DNA of 64,000 nucleotides from Candidatus Bathyarchaeota archaeon (GCA_963780185.1 CAWABA010000001.1:224001-288000), one strand, 5' to 3'. Shown: positions 52,146-62,374, counted from the first letter of the stretch. Notes: generated from the sequence alone by a model not told the origin. A program made the numbers and translations.

Positions 52146-52691
52146 TTATGATGTAGTGGAATTTAGGATTCCGATGATTCTTTGGCATTTGTCGTTGACC
52201 AATTTCCAAAATGTCTCAAGCTCGTCCACTGCGGCAAGCTTGGAGTATCCAGCTGGAGGCGCTCTTGGATCTAAAACTAAACTGGCGCCTGGTTTCGCTC
52301 CCGCACGAAAATGGAAAGGGTTCACCCCGCAGTGATTAACCCAAATGTTGAAAACTACAATTCTAAAATGGCTTCCCTCCTCCGAATAAGGGTCACGGGG
52401 AAGAGGCAGCCAACGCTGGTCACCCGACCTAGTAGTCGGATACAACTCGCTTAACAGAGATTTTATCGGGTCACTAGCCGCTAATCTGGCTGATACCGTT
52501 CTCACACCTGCCCGTTCAGGGTCCAAGCCAAGGCTTCGTTTTTCGTTGATTACTTGAGCAAGAATCTCTACCGCCCCGACGAGATGAAAGAAAAACTCCT
52601 CAATCAGCATCTGCCTATCCTCAGATTTCGTACCCACCAAATCTCCGCCATTAAGCATCTGCAAGTCATCTAATCTTCGGTGAGCAAACAA
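52146..52691 (-). CDS. Hypothetical helical protein, possibly HEPN-like
   Basis: EEFFFHLVGAVEILAQ.IN helix and N...NH; canonical Rx4-6H not intact. Confidence 0.55.
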   Translation of the reverse strand: MFAHRRLDDLQMLNGGDLVGTKSEDRQMLIEEFFFHLVGAVEILAQVINEKRSLGLDPERAGVRTVSARLAASDPIKSLLSELYPTTRSGDQRWLPLPRDPYSEEGSHFRIVVFNIWVNHCGVNPFHFRAGAKPGASLVLDPRAPPAGYSKLAAVDELETFWKLVNDKCQRIIGILNSTTS

Positions 52692-52902
52692 AAGATTGTC
52701 ACTTACTGCATGAACATCCGTAACTTTTGCACCTTAGCTAATGAACTGCATAACAAAGATATTAAATTTAAATTTACGATTTTTCACCTGAACCCCGAAA
52801 CTAGAAAACCAGCGGAAAAATGTGGAACAATCATCGGAGGGGCAAATGGAAAACGCGAGCAAAGAAATGGAAAAAAGAATATAACTGGTTGTTATTTTCG
52901 TT

Positions 52903-53407
52903 TTATTCCATGGTGATGTTGCCTGAGTCATCTATACGGGCTACTTGCCACTCATATTTGTATGAGTCAACTGCTTTCTTGATTTGGTTTCGAATAGGAG
53001 CAAGCGTTTTACATTGCTCTCTAGGCTAACAGAAGAATGTCACTGATTTCTTCTTCGTTTGTCATGCCATTAAATGCAATAAAGTCTATTGGATTGAATA
53101 TTGGCTTTACATCATAGGGGTTAAGTTTTAGCCTCTGCAAGGATGGGCATATTGCCTTGTAGAACGCTTTTTCAGCTTCTTTCCTCCCTTTTTCTATTTC
53201 TTCCTGCCGCATCTTCTCCTTCTGTTCGCTAAAGGCTTGTTCTTCAAGAGATAGCTTGGTGCTATCAATGTCAAATTGGTCTAACCACGTTTTTTCCGCC
53301 GTTTCAGCCTTAGATTTTAACTGTAAGTCTGATACACGGTGTAGCTTTCCACAGGGGCAGACAGCCAGAATTTTTCTGAATTGTTGATATTCTTCAAAAA
53401 GGCTCAT
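52903..53407 (-). CDS. Holliday-junction-resolvase-like endonuclease paralog lacking E-x-K; one extra base at about 53023
   Basis: CPCG, coiled coil, NPIDFIAFNG; removing one base extends it to ...IKKAVDSYKYEWQVARI..ME*. Confidence 0.7.
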
Positions 53408-53409
53408 TT

Positions 53410-53898
53410 TTACTCAAACACTCCGTAGGAGACCTTGTGGTTGGCTATTGCGTCGCGGATCGACTTCTGGTGTTCATTTAGCCTGGCGGCTCCGCTTTTA
53501 ACTTCCACAAAACTTAGTGATTCTACTTTTCCGTTTGACAAGCCGTTAAAGATTAGCATATCGATGGGGTCACCTAATACTTTGGTGTCTGGCACCACCC
53601 ATTTGAAGTCTTTTGCAACTGGCAGTACTTTTTCTAGGGTCTTGCCGATGTTGACGCCTGCGGTTATTTTTGCTGTCCTTTCGGTTATTTGCTTCAGTTG
53701 TTTTGCTAATTCGGCTTTTCGTTCCTCTATTGTTTTTTGATATTCAGTTTGTACTTCAATTGCCTGTTTTGGAAAGGGTTTTGTGCCATCAAATAGAAAG
53801 GCGTCTGAAATCAAAAATTCCTCTCCACAAGGGCATATGGCAGAAAGCCCAGACGTTTTCAAATTCTCAATAACTTGCTTCGTTTCCAACTCTCTCAC
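53410..53898 (-). CDS. Holliday-junction-resolvase-like endonuclease (Endonuc_Holl type)
   Basis: GKTLEKVLP, LGDPIDMLIFNGL, FVEVKSG.ARLN.HQKSIRDAI. Confidence 0.85.
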   Translation of the reverse strand: MRELETKQVIENLKTSGLSAICPCGEEFLISDAFLFDGTKPFPKQAIEVQTEYQKTIEERKAELAKQLKQITERTAKITAGVNIGKTLEKVLPVAKDFKWVVPDTKVLGDPIDMLIFNGLSNGKVESLSFVEVKSGAARLNEHQKSIRDAIANHKVSYGVFE

Positions 53899-54130
53899 CT
53901 ATCGCTTGCCTATTGACTTGTTCTAAGCTTAAATTTATTGTATTTCTGGGGCTAACTATACTAAATCAAAATTAAGCTCTATCAAACAAAAAATAATATC
54001 GAAAAAGACTTATCACCCGAAAATTTACAGCCTTAACCATCGCCTAAGTTATCAGGACGACGACCATTGTTCGGTTGTTTTAAATAGCTCTTACTTGAAT
54101 AGGTGATTAAAGTAAAAATTGGGCTAAGAT

Positions 54131-54544
54131 ATGGAAATCGATACTGTTTTAGCCATAATCACGGCTCTAACGTCATTTACTACAGCCACCGTTCTCATTT
54201 TTACGTATCGTCTAGATAAGAAAAGGGATTTGCCTCAGTTTGCGCTAATTGCTCTTAGTTTTGGTCGTCCACCCAATAGCAAGCCATATGGCATTCACAT
54301 ACAAAATCCTACCAAGCCTATCAATCGCTGTCAAATCTTTTGCAATGGTTTTGCTCTTGATGTATTAAATGTCGCATATCTCAAAAAGTGGGTATATGTC
54401 CATGTAGGTGGTGAAGCAACCTTCAGCTTACCCAACAATCTGACTGACTTAGACAATGCAGTTATTGTTATAAAAGATGGAAAAAAGAATATTTACCCAA
54501 AAGTCAAATTCAAGGATATACCTTGCAACGTAACCGCCATCTGA
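54131..54544 (+). CDS. Hypothetical protein with an N-terminal TM helix
   Basis: AT-rich 137-aa ORF. Confidence 0.6.
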   Translation: MEIDTVLAIITALTSFTTATVLIFTYRLDKKRDLPQFALIALSFGRPPNSKPYGIHIQNPTKPINRCQIFCNGFALDVLNVAYLKKWVYVHVGGEATFSLPNNLTDLDNAVIVIKDGKKNIYPKVKFKDIPCNVTAI

Positions 54545-54598
54545 ATAATGTCTCAATTTTGCAAAACATGAGGAAGGCGATGGCGGAATAGAATATTC

Positions 54599-54684
54599 AT
54601 CCCACGAAAGTTAACAGTTTCATTCTTGGAGAAATTCTTATCCCACGAAACTTAACGGAAAAGTTCATCCCTTAAGAACTTCAC
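54599..54684 (+). repeat. Short degenerate direct repeats ATCCCACGAAASTTAAC
   Basis: 54599-54615 and 54640-54656 match at 16/17; a weaker third copy at 54667-54684. Confidence 0.6.
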
Positions 54685-54753
54685 AGAACCTGATTTCGTA
54701 ATGCTTTTATGTTTCTGTTTCATTTGGAATGGTTTGAAAAGGTTTGCAGGTGT

Positions 54754-54817
54754 GCGCTTTGGATGGCGCTTGTTTTCTTTTGCCGCCTTTGAGTGGCGTT
54801 AGCTGATTTTTTGCGTG
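54754..54817 (+). repeat. Structured ~63-bp direct repeat, copy A
   Basis: GCGC..GGCGC, T-tract, GCCGCCT..GAGTGGC; similar to 55493-55555. Confidence 0.7.
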
Positions 54818-54877
54818 GGGTATAGACAAGTCGCGCACGTTTTTCATATGATTTATAAGCGAAGAGCGCTTAGCTGA

Positions 54878-55492
54878 TTGCTAGGAGAGGAGATTACGAG
54901 GAAAACAATCGGTCTATTCGCAACTTTAACAGTTATAGTTCTATTATTAGCGGTGCCTTTTTTGGCGGGTCCAGCAAAAGCGTCTATCGTGGCTCACGAG
55001 ACTGTGGACATCAAAGTTGATTCTTCTGACTTGTGCATTCTGGTAACTAACCCTGCCAACGGACAACAAGCAGGTTACACCTCGCTCACAGGTTCAGAAA
55101 TCAATACTTTTATTGGTGGTTCTGTCTGGGCAGTCGTGGTAAGCCCTCAGGAAGTCCAATTGTGCTCAGCGAACGGCTTTGAAGGCACCAACTCAATCGA
55201 TTTCAACATTCTGCTATCTGACCCTCCGGCAACTTTCACGTTAACAGTAACCCACCTTGGCTTTAATGGCAATGATGTGTGGGGTCCTAAGACTTGGAGT
55301 GGAACCATATCTCCGGGACAGACATTTACCGCTCAGTCTGGAATCGATGACAACGGCTTTGTCAAAGGCGACGGCACCTTATTTGCAGCTCCCGAGTACG
55401 CTTTAGGCGGTTTAATCGCTTTAGCAGCCAGCTTAACGGCTTTCGTGCTGTTCAAAAAACGCCAAAGCCTCCCACTGTTCAAAAAATATTAA
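54878..55492 (+). CDS. Secreted protein with PEY (PEF-CTERM-like) sorting tail
   Basis: Signal peptide; APEYALGG followed by TM and KKR. Confidence 0.75.
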   Translation: MLGEEITRKTIGLFATLTVIVLLLAVPFLAGPAKASIVAHETVDIKVDSSDLCILVTNPANGQQAGYTSLTGSEINTFIGGSVWAVVVSPQEVQLCSANGFEGTNSIDFNILLSDPPATFTLTVTHLGFNGNDVWGPKTWSGTISPGQTFTAQSGIDDNGFVKGDGTLFAAPEYALGGLIALAASLTAFVLFKKRQSLPLFKKY

Positions 55493-55555
55493 GCGCCTTC
55501 AAGGCGCCGTTTCTTTTTGCCGCCTAAGAGTGGCATCCAGCAGACATTTTGCCTG
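55493..55555 (+). repeat. Structured ~63-bp direct repeat, copy B
   Basis: GCGCC-TTCAA-GGCGC, T-tract, GCCGC-CTAAGA-GTGGC immediately after the stop codon. Confidence 0.7.
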
Positions 55556-55680
55556 AAGTAGATTAGGGATTGAGGGGTTTTTCGTTCGGTTTTTCTTGCA
55601 TTGATTTTGCGATTTTGCGCTTTATTTTCGATTAGCAGTTTCTTAAATGGACATTAACTTTTTGGGAGGTGAAATTTGGT

Positions 55681-56085
55681 ATGAGTAGTAAGCAGGGTTT
55701 TACTGTTCAGGTGTATCGGCGTATTTGTCATCTTCAGGATAATGTGAAGGTTGACACGCAGGTTATGAGGGACCGCTGGATTGGCGAACTTGATGAGTTG
55801 TTTGGCATGGCTACTTCGATTGCGAAAGGCAAGGTTACGCAGCAGCAGGTTGGCGACAAGGTGCAGGCTATTTCTCCGAAGGAGAGGCAGATGTGGGCGC
55901 AGATAGCGGCGAACATCGGCATGGTTATGGGGAATTTGTCACATCGGTACGACGAGCGGCAAATCGACAAAGACTTAGACGAACTGGAAAGATTGCTTGA
56001 AGAAGTTAAAGGGGCACAGGCCAACGAAACAAAGAATCCATCGACAGAAACGAAACCGCCCAAAGAAGACCGAACCCAGCTGTAA
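55681..56085 (+). CDS. Hypothetical helical protein
   Basis: Strong GGAGGTG SD before ATG 55681. Confidence 0.7.
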   Translation: MSSKQGFTVQVYRRICHLQDNVKVDTQVMRDRWIGELDELFGMATSIAKGKVTQQQVGDKVQAISPKERQMWAQIAANIGMVMGNLSHRYDERQIDKDLDELERLLEEVKGAQANETKNPSTETKPPKEDRTQL

Positions 56086-56282
56086 GCGGCTTTTTGGTAA
56101 AGCTTTTGTTTCCATATTTTTATTAAATTTTTTTACATTTCATTTCTGTTGCAATGGCTTAAAATCAAATTATCTATATTATGCTGTTTCAGTACGTAGT
56201 CGAAAAACCCTTTTTTGTTGGTTTTGCGCAAAAAATATATCCTTGCGAAGCCTTTTCGATTGGCATTAAAGGGTAAGGCTAA

Positions 56283-57785
56283 TTGTCCAAACAAGCTAAG
56301 ACTCGGACAGTAGAAGAGATTAACCAAAAAATCCGTAAAGGCGACGCGCAGGTCCTAACCGCTGAAGAAATGAAGAAGCTGGTGGAGAGCAGCGGGGTTG
56401 CGGTTGCTTTTAAAGAGGTTGATGTGGTTACAACGGGAACTTTTGGCGCCATGTGCAGCAGCGGCGCAGTCATCAACTTGGGTCATTCTGACCCGCCGAT
56501 AAAGATTGACCATGCATGGATGAACGACGTGGAAGTTTGCCATCCAGGCGCCGCAGTGGACCTGTACATTGGAGCAACGAACATGTCGACTAAGCAGCCG
56601 TTTGAGTACGGCGGAGGACACGTCATCCAAGACCTCGTCGCAGGAAAAGAAGTCGAGCTGCATGCCACGGCTTACGGAACCGACTGCTACCCAAGAACCC
56701 AACTTAAAACCAACATAACCAAAGACGACCTTAACCAGTTCCAGCTCCTCAACTTCCGCAACTGTTACCAACGCTACAACTGCGCGGTAAACACAAGCGA
56801 CGAAACAATTTACACTTACATGAGCAAGCTTTTGCCGAGGCTGCGCAACGCCACGTTTTCAGGCGCAGGCGAACTCAACCCGCTCATGAACGACCCTGAC
56901 TACGAAACCATCGGCATGGGCACCCGCATCTTCCTCGGCGGGGCTCAAGGCTACGTCATCGGCGAGGGAACCCAGCATAGCCCCAAAAACCTAAACGGCA
57001 CCCTTATGGTGAAGGGCGATGCGAAGAAGATGTCGCCTGAGTTTTTGCAGGGCGCGGCTTTCACGCGTTACGGCACCTCGATGTATGTTGGCTTAGGCAT
57101 CCCCATCCCGATACTTAACGAGGGCTTAGCCAAGAAAACTGGGATTCGTGACAGCGAAATCTTCACAGACGTAGTTGACTACAGTGTGCCGCGTCGAGAC
57201 CGCCCCAAACTTCGGCAGGTAAGCTACAAAGAACTCAAATCAGGCTCAATAGTGGTCAACGACAAAAAAATTAGGGTCAGCAGCCTCAGCAGCATAAAGA
57301 TGGCGAAGAAAGTCAGCCAGACGCTTAAGTCATGGATTGAGGACGGCTCTTTCCTGTTGACTTCACCCATCGAGCGATTGCCCCTCGACACCGTGTTTAA
57401 GCCGATGCGGCAGACTGAGGAAATTCCCTTCGTTGTCTCAGTTATGCATCCAGCGGTTACATGCACGGAGGATGAGAAGATTCAGGCGATTGCTGAACGT
57501 ATCGTCACAAAATCGGTTAACCACATCGTCGTTATCGACGGCGCAGGCAAACTCCGCGGCATAGTTACTTCATGGGACGTTACCAGAGCTATGGCTGAAG
57601 GCAAAAAAGCATTAGCCGACATCGAAACCCACAACGTTGTGACTGCCAAGCCTGATGAGCCTCTCGAGATTGCGTCTAAGAGGATGGCTGAGCATAACAT
57701 TTCAGCGCTGCCAGTGATTGACATCGAAAAGAAAGTGCTGGGAATAGTCACAGCTGAAGACGTGGCTGAACTGTTAGGACGGTAA
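56283..57785 (+). CDS. L-aspartate semialdehyde sulfurtransferase (DUF39 plus two CBS; MA1821/MJ0100 family)
   Basis: VDVVTTGTFGAMCSSG, YGGGHVI, GTDCYPR; C-terminal CBS pair. Confidence 0.92.
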   Translation: MSKQAKTRTVEEINQKIRKGDAQVLTAEEMKKLVESSGVAVAFKEVDVVTTGTFGAMCSSGAVINLGHSDPPIKIDHAWMNDVEVCHPGAAVDLYIGATNMSTKQPFEYGGGHVIQDLVAGKEVELHATAYGTDCYPRTQLKTNITKDDLNQFQLLNFRNCYQRYNCAVNTSDETIYTYMSKLLPRLRNATFSGAGELNPLMNDPDYETIGMGTRIFLGGAQGYVIGEGTQHSPKNLNGTLMVKGDAKKMSPEFLQGAAFTRYGTSMYVGLGIPIPILNEGLAKKTGIRDSEIFTDVVDYSVPRRDRPKLRQVSYKELKSGSIVVNDKKIRVSSLSSIKMAKKVSQTLKSWIEDGSFLLTSPIERLPLDTVFKPMRQTEEIPFVVSVMHPAVTCTEDEKIQAIAERIVTKSVNHIVVIDGAGKLRGIVTSWDVTRAMAEGKKALADIETHNVVTAKPDEPLEIASKRMAEHNISALPVIDIEKKVLGIVTAEDVAELLGR

Positions 57786-57790
57786 AAGGC

Positions 57791-58228
57791 ATGGTTCGAA
57801 TTCTACTAAGGTTCTCGGAAGAACAAGTCTCGCAGCCAATAGCAAGCCAAATAATCATTGAATATAAAATTCCCATGGTAATTCTGTCAGCGCACATAAA
57901 CTCCAAAGGCGGAGAAATAATCGCTGAAATCCCGGATGAAGCACAGGAAAAAATAATCAAGGCTTTCCGAGAAAAAGGCATCTCGGCAACGGTGCCAAAG
58001 CTAATCGAGGTTGACGCTGAAAAATGCTTCAGCTGCGGCTCATGCGTTGCCCTCTGCCCCGTCGAAGCCATAAGCATCGACAAAGATTCAGCGGTCCAAT
58101 TTAACAAAGAGAAATGCGTCGGCAGCACCTGCAGCATCTGCGTAGACGCGTGCCCAGCAAGAGCCATAAAATCCATCAAGCAAACCAACGGCGACCACCC
58201 AACCACAGACAGGAAAAAAACAAGTTGA
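57791..58228 (+). CDS. NIL domain plus 2x[4Fe-4S] ferredoxin (MA1822/MJ0099-like partner)
   Basis: CFSCGSCVALCP and CVGSTCSICVDACP. Confidence 0.88.
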   Translation: MVRILLRFSEEQVSQPIASQIIIEYKIPMVILSAHINSKGGEIIAEIPDEAQEKIIKAFREKGISATVPKLIEVDAEKCFSCGSCVALCPVEAISIDKDSAVQFNKEKCVGSTCSICVDACPARAIKSIKQTNGDHPTTDRKKTS

Positions 58229-58944
58229 CAAAAAAACTCCTCAAAGAAACATTTGCCCTCAAAGAAACCCAATGCACCATAATTTCCGACAAAGCAGAAG
58301 GCATCAAGGCAGCCAAGGAATCAATCGCGCGCAGCAGGCAAGAACTCGAAATCTACATAAAAACTAACCCCAAGTTTCTCTACACGCTCAAACCGTACCC
58401 GCCGCCCCAAAAGCCGCTGGTGGCTAAACTGATGGCTCAAGCCGCGCATCAGGCAGATGTTGGACCTATGGCGGCGGTTGCAGGGGCAATTGCGGACCTT
58501 GCCGTCGACGAGATGAAGCGTGTAGGTTGCGAGGTTGCGGTGGTGGAGGATGGCGGAGAAATCTCCGCAGCTTCTAATGCGCCTGTCGACGTAGCGGTCG
58601 CGGCTGGAGATGAACCCCTGTCGAGGCGCTTCGGCTTTAGGCTCACAGAATTTCCCATAGGCGTCGCCACAAGTTCAGGGCGTTTCAGCCACGCGTTAAG
58701 CTTCGGGGACGCCGAGGCGGCGACGGTTTTCTGCAGGAACGCGGGTTTGGCGGATGCGGCAGCCACAGCCGTCGGCAACGCTGTCAAGGGCGACGCGGTT
58801 GCGGGAATTAAGGCGGGAATCAACAGGGGAATGGCAATCGAAGGCGTCGAGGGCGTGTTGATAATTTTTATGGGAAAGGTTGGGATGGCAGGCAAGATTC
58901 CTGAAATAATCAAAGTGGAACCTGAAGGCGAATTTGTCCTTTAA
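58225..58944 (+). CDS. UPF0280/ApbE-like protein (COG2122)
   Basis: VGPMAAVAGAIA, GGEI, GVATSSG...HALSFG.A, ADAAATAVGN; TTG start overlaps the upstream TGA. Confidence 0.88.
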   Translation: MTKKLLKETFALKETQCTIISDKAEGIKAAKESIARSRQELEIYIKTNPKFLYTLKPYPPPQKPLVAKLMAQAAHQADVGPMAAVAGAIADLAVDEMKRVGCEVAVVEDGGEISAASNAPVDVAVAAGDEPLSRRFGFRLTEFPIGVATSSGRFSHALSFGDAEAATVFCRNAGLADAAATAVGNAVKGDAVAGIKAGINRGMAIEGVEGVLIIFMGKVGMAGKIPEIIKVEPEGEFVL

Positions 58945-59067
58945 TCTGCGTTGGGTTGGTTGTTGCTGAGAATAGCGTAAACTTAAAGAACATAGCTGTC
59001 GAGCACAGCTTTATGAAACTAAGCAGAAAGTCGGGTTCCACACAGAAACCTCACGCTAGCTGATTGC

Positions 59068-61171
59068 ATGACGGAAAAAATTTTCAGCCCTACCGAAATC
59101 ACAACGCTGACCATAGCAGTGATTCTGGTTTTCAGTTGCTTCGCGGGTACGCTTACTCCCGCAGGTGCGCAACCGCCTATCTTTCCAGCCCAACCCGCGG
59201 GTTCGGCTTCTGAAATTGCCGCTTTGGAAGCCACCGTGGAGGCTAATGGCGGCTGGAACAGCAGCTTGCAGACGCTTTACGACGGAATTGTACTGGGGCA
59301 AACAACCGTCGGTGAACTGCAAAACGCCGTGGACGCCATTGATGTTACTTCTACATCTGCAGCCGAAACCGTTTTCTACTGGTATTTTGAATTGAGCAAA
59401 TTCGGGGTTCCCATCAATGAGACAACTATTGAAGCAGCGTTAAAAGTAACGACTATGTTGCCGAACATCGGCGGGTTACCTGACGACTACTCCAACTCGG
59501 GCGTTGCCTCTTTTCTTGTATACAACAGGTACGATTTGTATGCTTACCAATGGGCTGCCCAGTTGGGTTATGAAACATCCAAATGGAACCTAACTCAAGC
59601 CTACACGGTGTTCAACAACGGCGTCAGCGAAAACGGCAAACCAGTTCTTTGTGTTGGGTCTAATGGGCAAGGCTGGGGAATAAACTACGGACCCAGATAC
59701 TACGATGAAAGCGCAGAAACCATCGATATGTACCTCACTTTTTATCAACTCGGAGTACCTGCGGCATTAACGCAAGCCGAAGACTGGTGGAACTGGACAA
59801 ACTCCAACCTTTGGGAAATCGACAGCTCCACAGGCGCTGGCTACTACAAATATGCGGTCAACTGGAACACTTTTGAATGCGAGGTCGGCGGGTTTGACCA
59901 GATTACATGGAAATTATACAACGATGACCCATCAATAACAAACGTGTCAAACTTGTTTACGGACTTGGAGACACGCGCTCTCAGCAAAGGCTGGGGCAGT
60001 CCACAATGGGGCAACTACGTCGCTGTTCACGCTGCAGATAATTCGCAAGAGCGGCTAGAAAACACTATAATGCTTTGGTCTTCTCTGCTTGGGTTCTACG
60101 GCGACATGAACCTTACTATGCAAAGCCAAGTGCAAGGCTTATTAGACGGCTCCGAGGGTCCAAGTCCAGCTTGGAGTTTGCTCACTCAAAGTCAACTGTA
60201 CGACAATTCAACGGACATGTTCAGAATGCAATCGTCTGGGCCTAACAGTTCAGGCAGCGCTGAAGCGACGGCGGACGCAGCCGTATTAATGATGCTTCTG
60301 TCCACTATTCCTTGGCGGATCACTGGCGGTGCCTCAGCAAGATTGTATCTACGAGGACATCAACAACATAATTGACGGAGGCATCAGCGGCATCAACCTG
60401 GCATCTGAAACCGTGAATGTGAGCGTCGCTCAGCCGGGCACGTTCCTTTCAACATTCGGAACGAACATTTTCCAGTACACTTTGGGCAGCAGTGGAGTTT
60501 GGCAGTTGACTTTTAGCAAAGACTGGAATAGCCTCATGAGCGAGGTTTTTGTTTCTCCGCTTCCCACTTCGAGGACCTACCTTGGGACAAACAAAAACAG
60601 CGTAATGATAAATGCCTCAAGCGACGGCGGCAGCGCAATAGCGCCGTCAGGCTTGGTCTACGTTACCCTAGGCGACAATCAAACCTTCAGTTACTCATCT
60701 GACAACGGCTACACAATTAGCCAAGTCTTAGTTGACGGTTCCCCAGTTTCAATTACAGGAACCTACACGTTCACAGACCTTCAAACCCCTCAAACTATTT
60801 CAGTGACAAGCTCTCCCGCTCCTACCCCAACCCCTAGTCCATCATCGACTCCCACTCCAAGTCCATCGCCCTCGCCGACACCAACGCCTTCGCCAACTCC
60901 CAGTCCAGAGACCTCAGCTAATCCAACTCCCACGCCAACGGCTTCTCCCACTCCAACAGCTTCTCCAACACCTACGCCAGCAACAAGCCCAACTTCAAGC
61001 CCCACCCCGACTCCATCAACACCTGGCTTCACACGACTCTCGATTGGTCTGCCTGAACTTTTAGGAGTCGTAATCTTTGTGGCTGCGGTTTTGGCTGTCT
61101 CAATGTTGGTGCCGCATTACGTTAAGTCGCGGAGAATCGGAAGCGGCGAAATGGAGAAGACATCGACTTAG
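59068..61171 (+). CDS. Large secreted surface protein with Pro/Thr/Ser linker and C-terminal TM; frameshift near 60313
   Basis: Signal peptide, aromatic-rich domain, small beta-repeat domain, PTPS linker, LPELLG plus TM. Confidence 0.75.
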
Positions 61172-61360
61172 CCATGGAGCCTCAGGCTGCGGCGTGGAGT
61201 ACGCTGTTTTTGCGGCGTAAATGGAGCGTTTAGATGCCAGATGGGGCTGTTTCAGCTTGCGGACTGGGTTTTATTTTGGGGTTGGAAAACGGTGAAACCC
61301 TGATTGGTTTATGAAAACTCTTAAATTATACAATTCCCAACTGAATGCAAGGTCTCTTTC

Positions 61361-62374
61361 ATGTCATCAGACACTAACAAGCTTGAAATCCAAAGCTATG
61401 ACGAAAACGCAAAAATGTTTTATGTTAAGTCGCCCAACGGAAACGTCGTGCAGGTCCAAGACACCTTCGCAGAAATGTTTCCATTGTGGGTCGGAAGAGT
61501 TCTAATCACCGCTCAAAACGAGAAATGGGCACTAATCGCCGCAAGCCTAACCACGGGTTTTGCCACAAGCGTAATTGAGGCAACTGCGGAAGCCGCAATC
61601 GAACGACCTGTTCCAGCAGACCAAACCCCAGACAAACGACCCGGCGTATACATTCAAATTTATAATCGTGACCGTTTTGAACTTAAGCATCAACTTATGC
61701 AGCGTATCGGCCAATGCACCCTTACTTGCCCAACAACCGCAGCCTTCAACGGCTTAGTCGGCAAACGCACGTTGGACGTCGGCAACAGCCTACGCTACTT
61801 CGGCGACGGCTACCAGAAAAAAGCCATGGTCGGCGGAAGAAAATGCTGGAGAATCCCCGTGATGGAGGGCGACTTCATCGTTGAAAACGGGTTTGGCGCT
61901 ATGGAAGCGGTTGCAGGCGGCAACTTTATGATTTTCGCACAAGACCAGCCTTCGGGGCTCAAAGCGGCTGAGGCGGCTGCAGACGCCATCCGAGCAAATG
62001 CTCCTGACGTAATCATGCAGTTTCCAGGCGGCGTTTGCCGTGCAGGAAGCAAAGCTGGCTCACTCAAATACAAACTGAAGGCTTCAACTAACCACCCGTA
62101 CTGCCCAACCTTGCGTACGCTTGTGCCTGACACTGTTGTTCCAGAAGGCGTAACTTGCGTTTATGAAATTGTCATGAACGGCTTAACATTGGACGCAGTT
62201 AAAAAAGGCATGAAAGAGGGTGTAACCGCAGCCATCGGCGTGCCCGGTGTCGTCAAGATTTCATCTGGCAACTATGGCGGCAAGCTGGGGCCATTCAAAG
62301 CATACCTGCGAGAAGCCATCGGCGTTCCTATGCCACCGCCCGCAGCGGCTCCGCCAGCGAAGCCAAAAGCCTAA
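61361..62374 (+). CDS. ftr: Formylmethanofuran--tetrahydromethanopterin N-formyltransferase
   Basis: DTFAE, TGFATSVI, TPDKRPG, RIGQC.LTCPTT, YFGDG, VAGGNF, GNYGGKLG. Confidence 0.95.
   Translation: MSSDTNKLEIQSYDENAKMFYVKSPNGNVVQVQDTFAEMFPLWVGRVLITAQNEKWALIAASLTTGFATSVIEATAEAAIERPVPADQTPDKRPGVYIQIYNRDRFELKHQLMQRIGQCTLTCPTTAAFNGLVGKRTLDVGNSLRYFGDGYQKKAMVGGRKCWRIPVMEGDFIVENGFGAMEAVAGGNFMIFAQDQPSGLKAAEAAADAIRANAPDVIMQFPGGVCRAGSKAGSLKYKLKASTNHPYCPTLRTLVPDTVVPEGVTCVYEIVMNGLTLDAVKKGMKEGVTAAIGVPGVVKISSGNYGGKLGPFKAYLREAIGVPMPPPAAAPPAKPKA

Noticed and set aside
54575-54600. GGCGATGG as the start of a fluoride riboswitch
   Set aside because: The downstream pairing and conserved 3' motif are missing and no crcB-like gene follows
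56283-58944. Homocysteine module as a novel system
   Set aside because: The DUF39-CBS, NIL-ferredoxin and COG2122 trio is already described in methanogens
60810-61025. C-rich tandem repeats and the antisense GVGVG ORF
   Set aside because: They encode the Pro/Thr/Ser linker; the antisense ORF is a shadow
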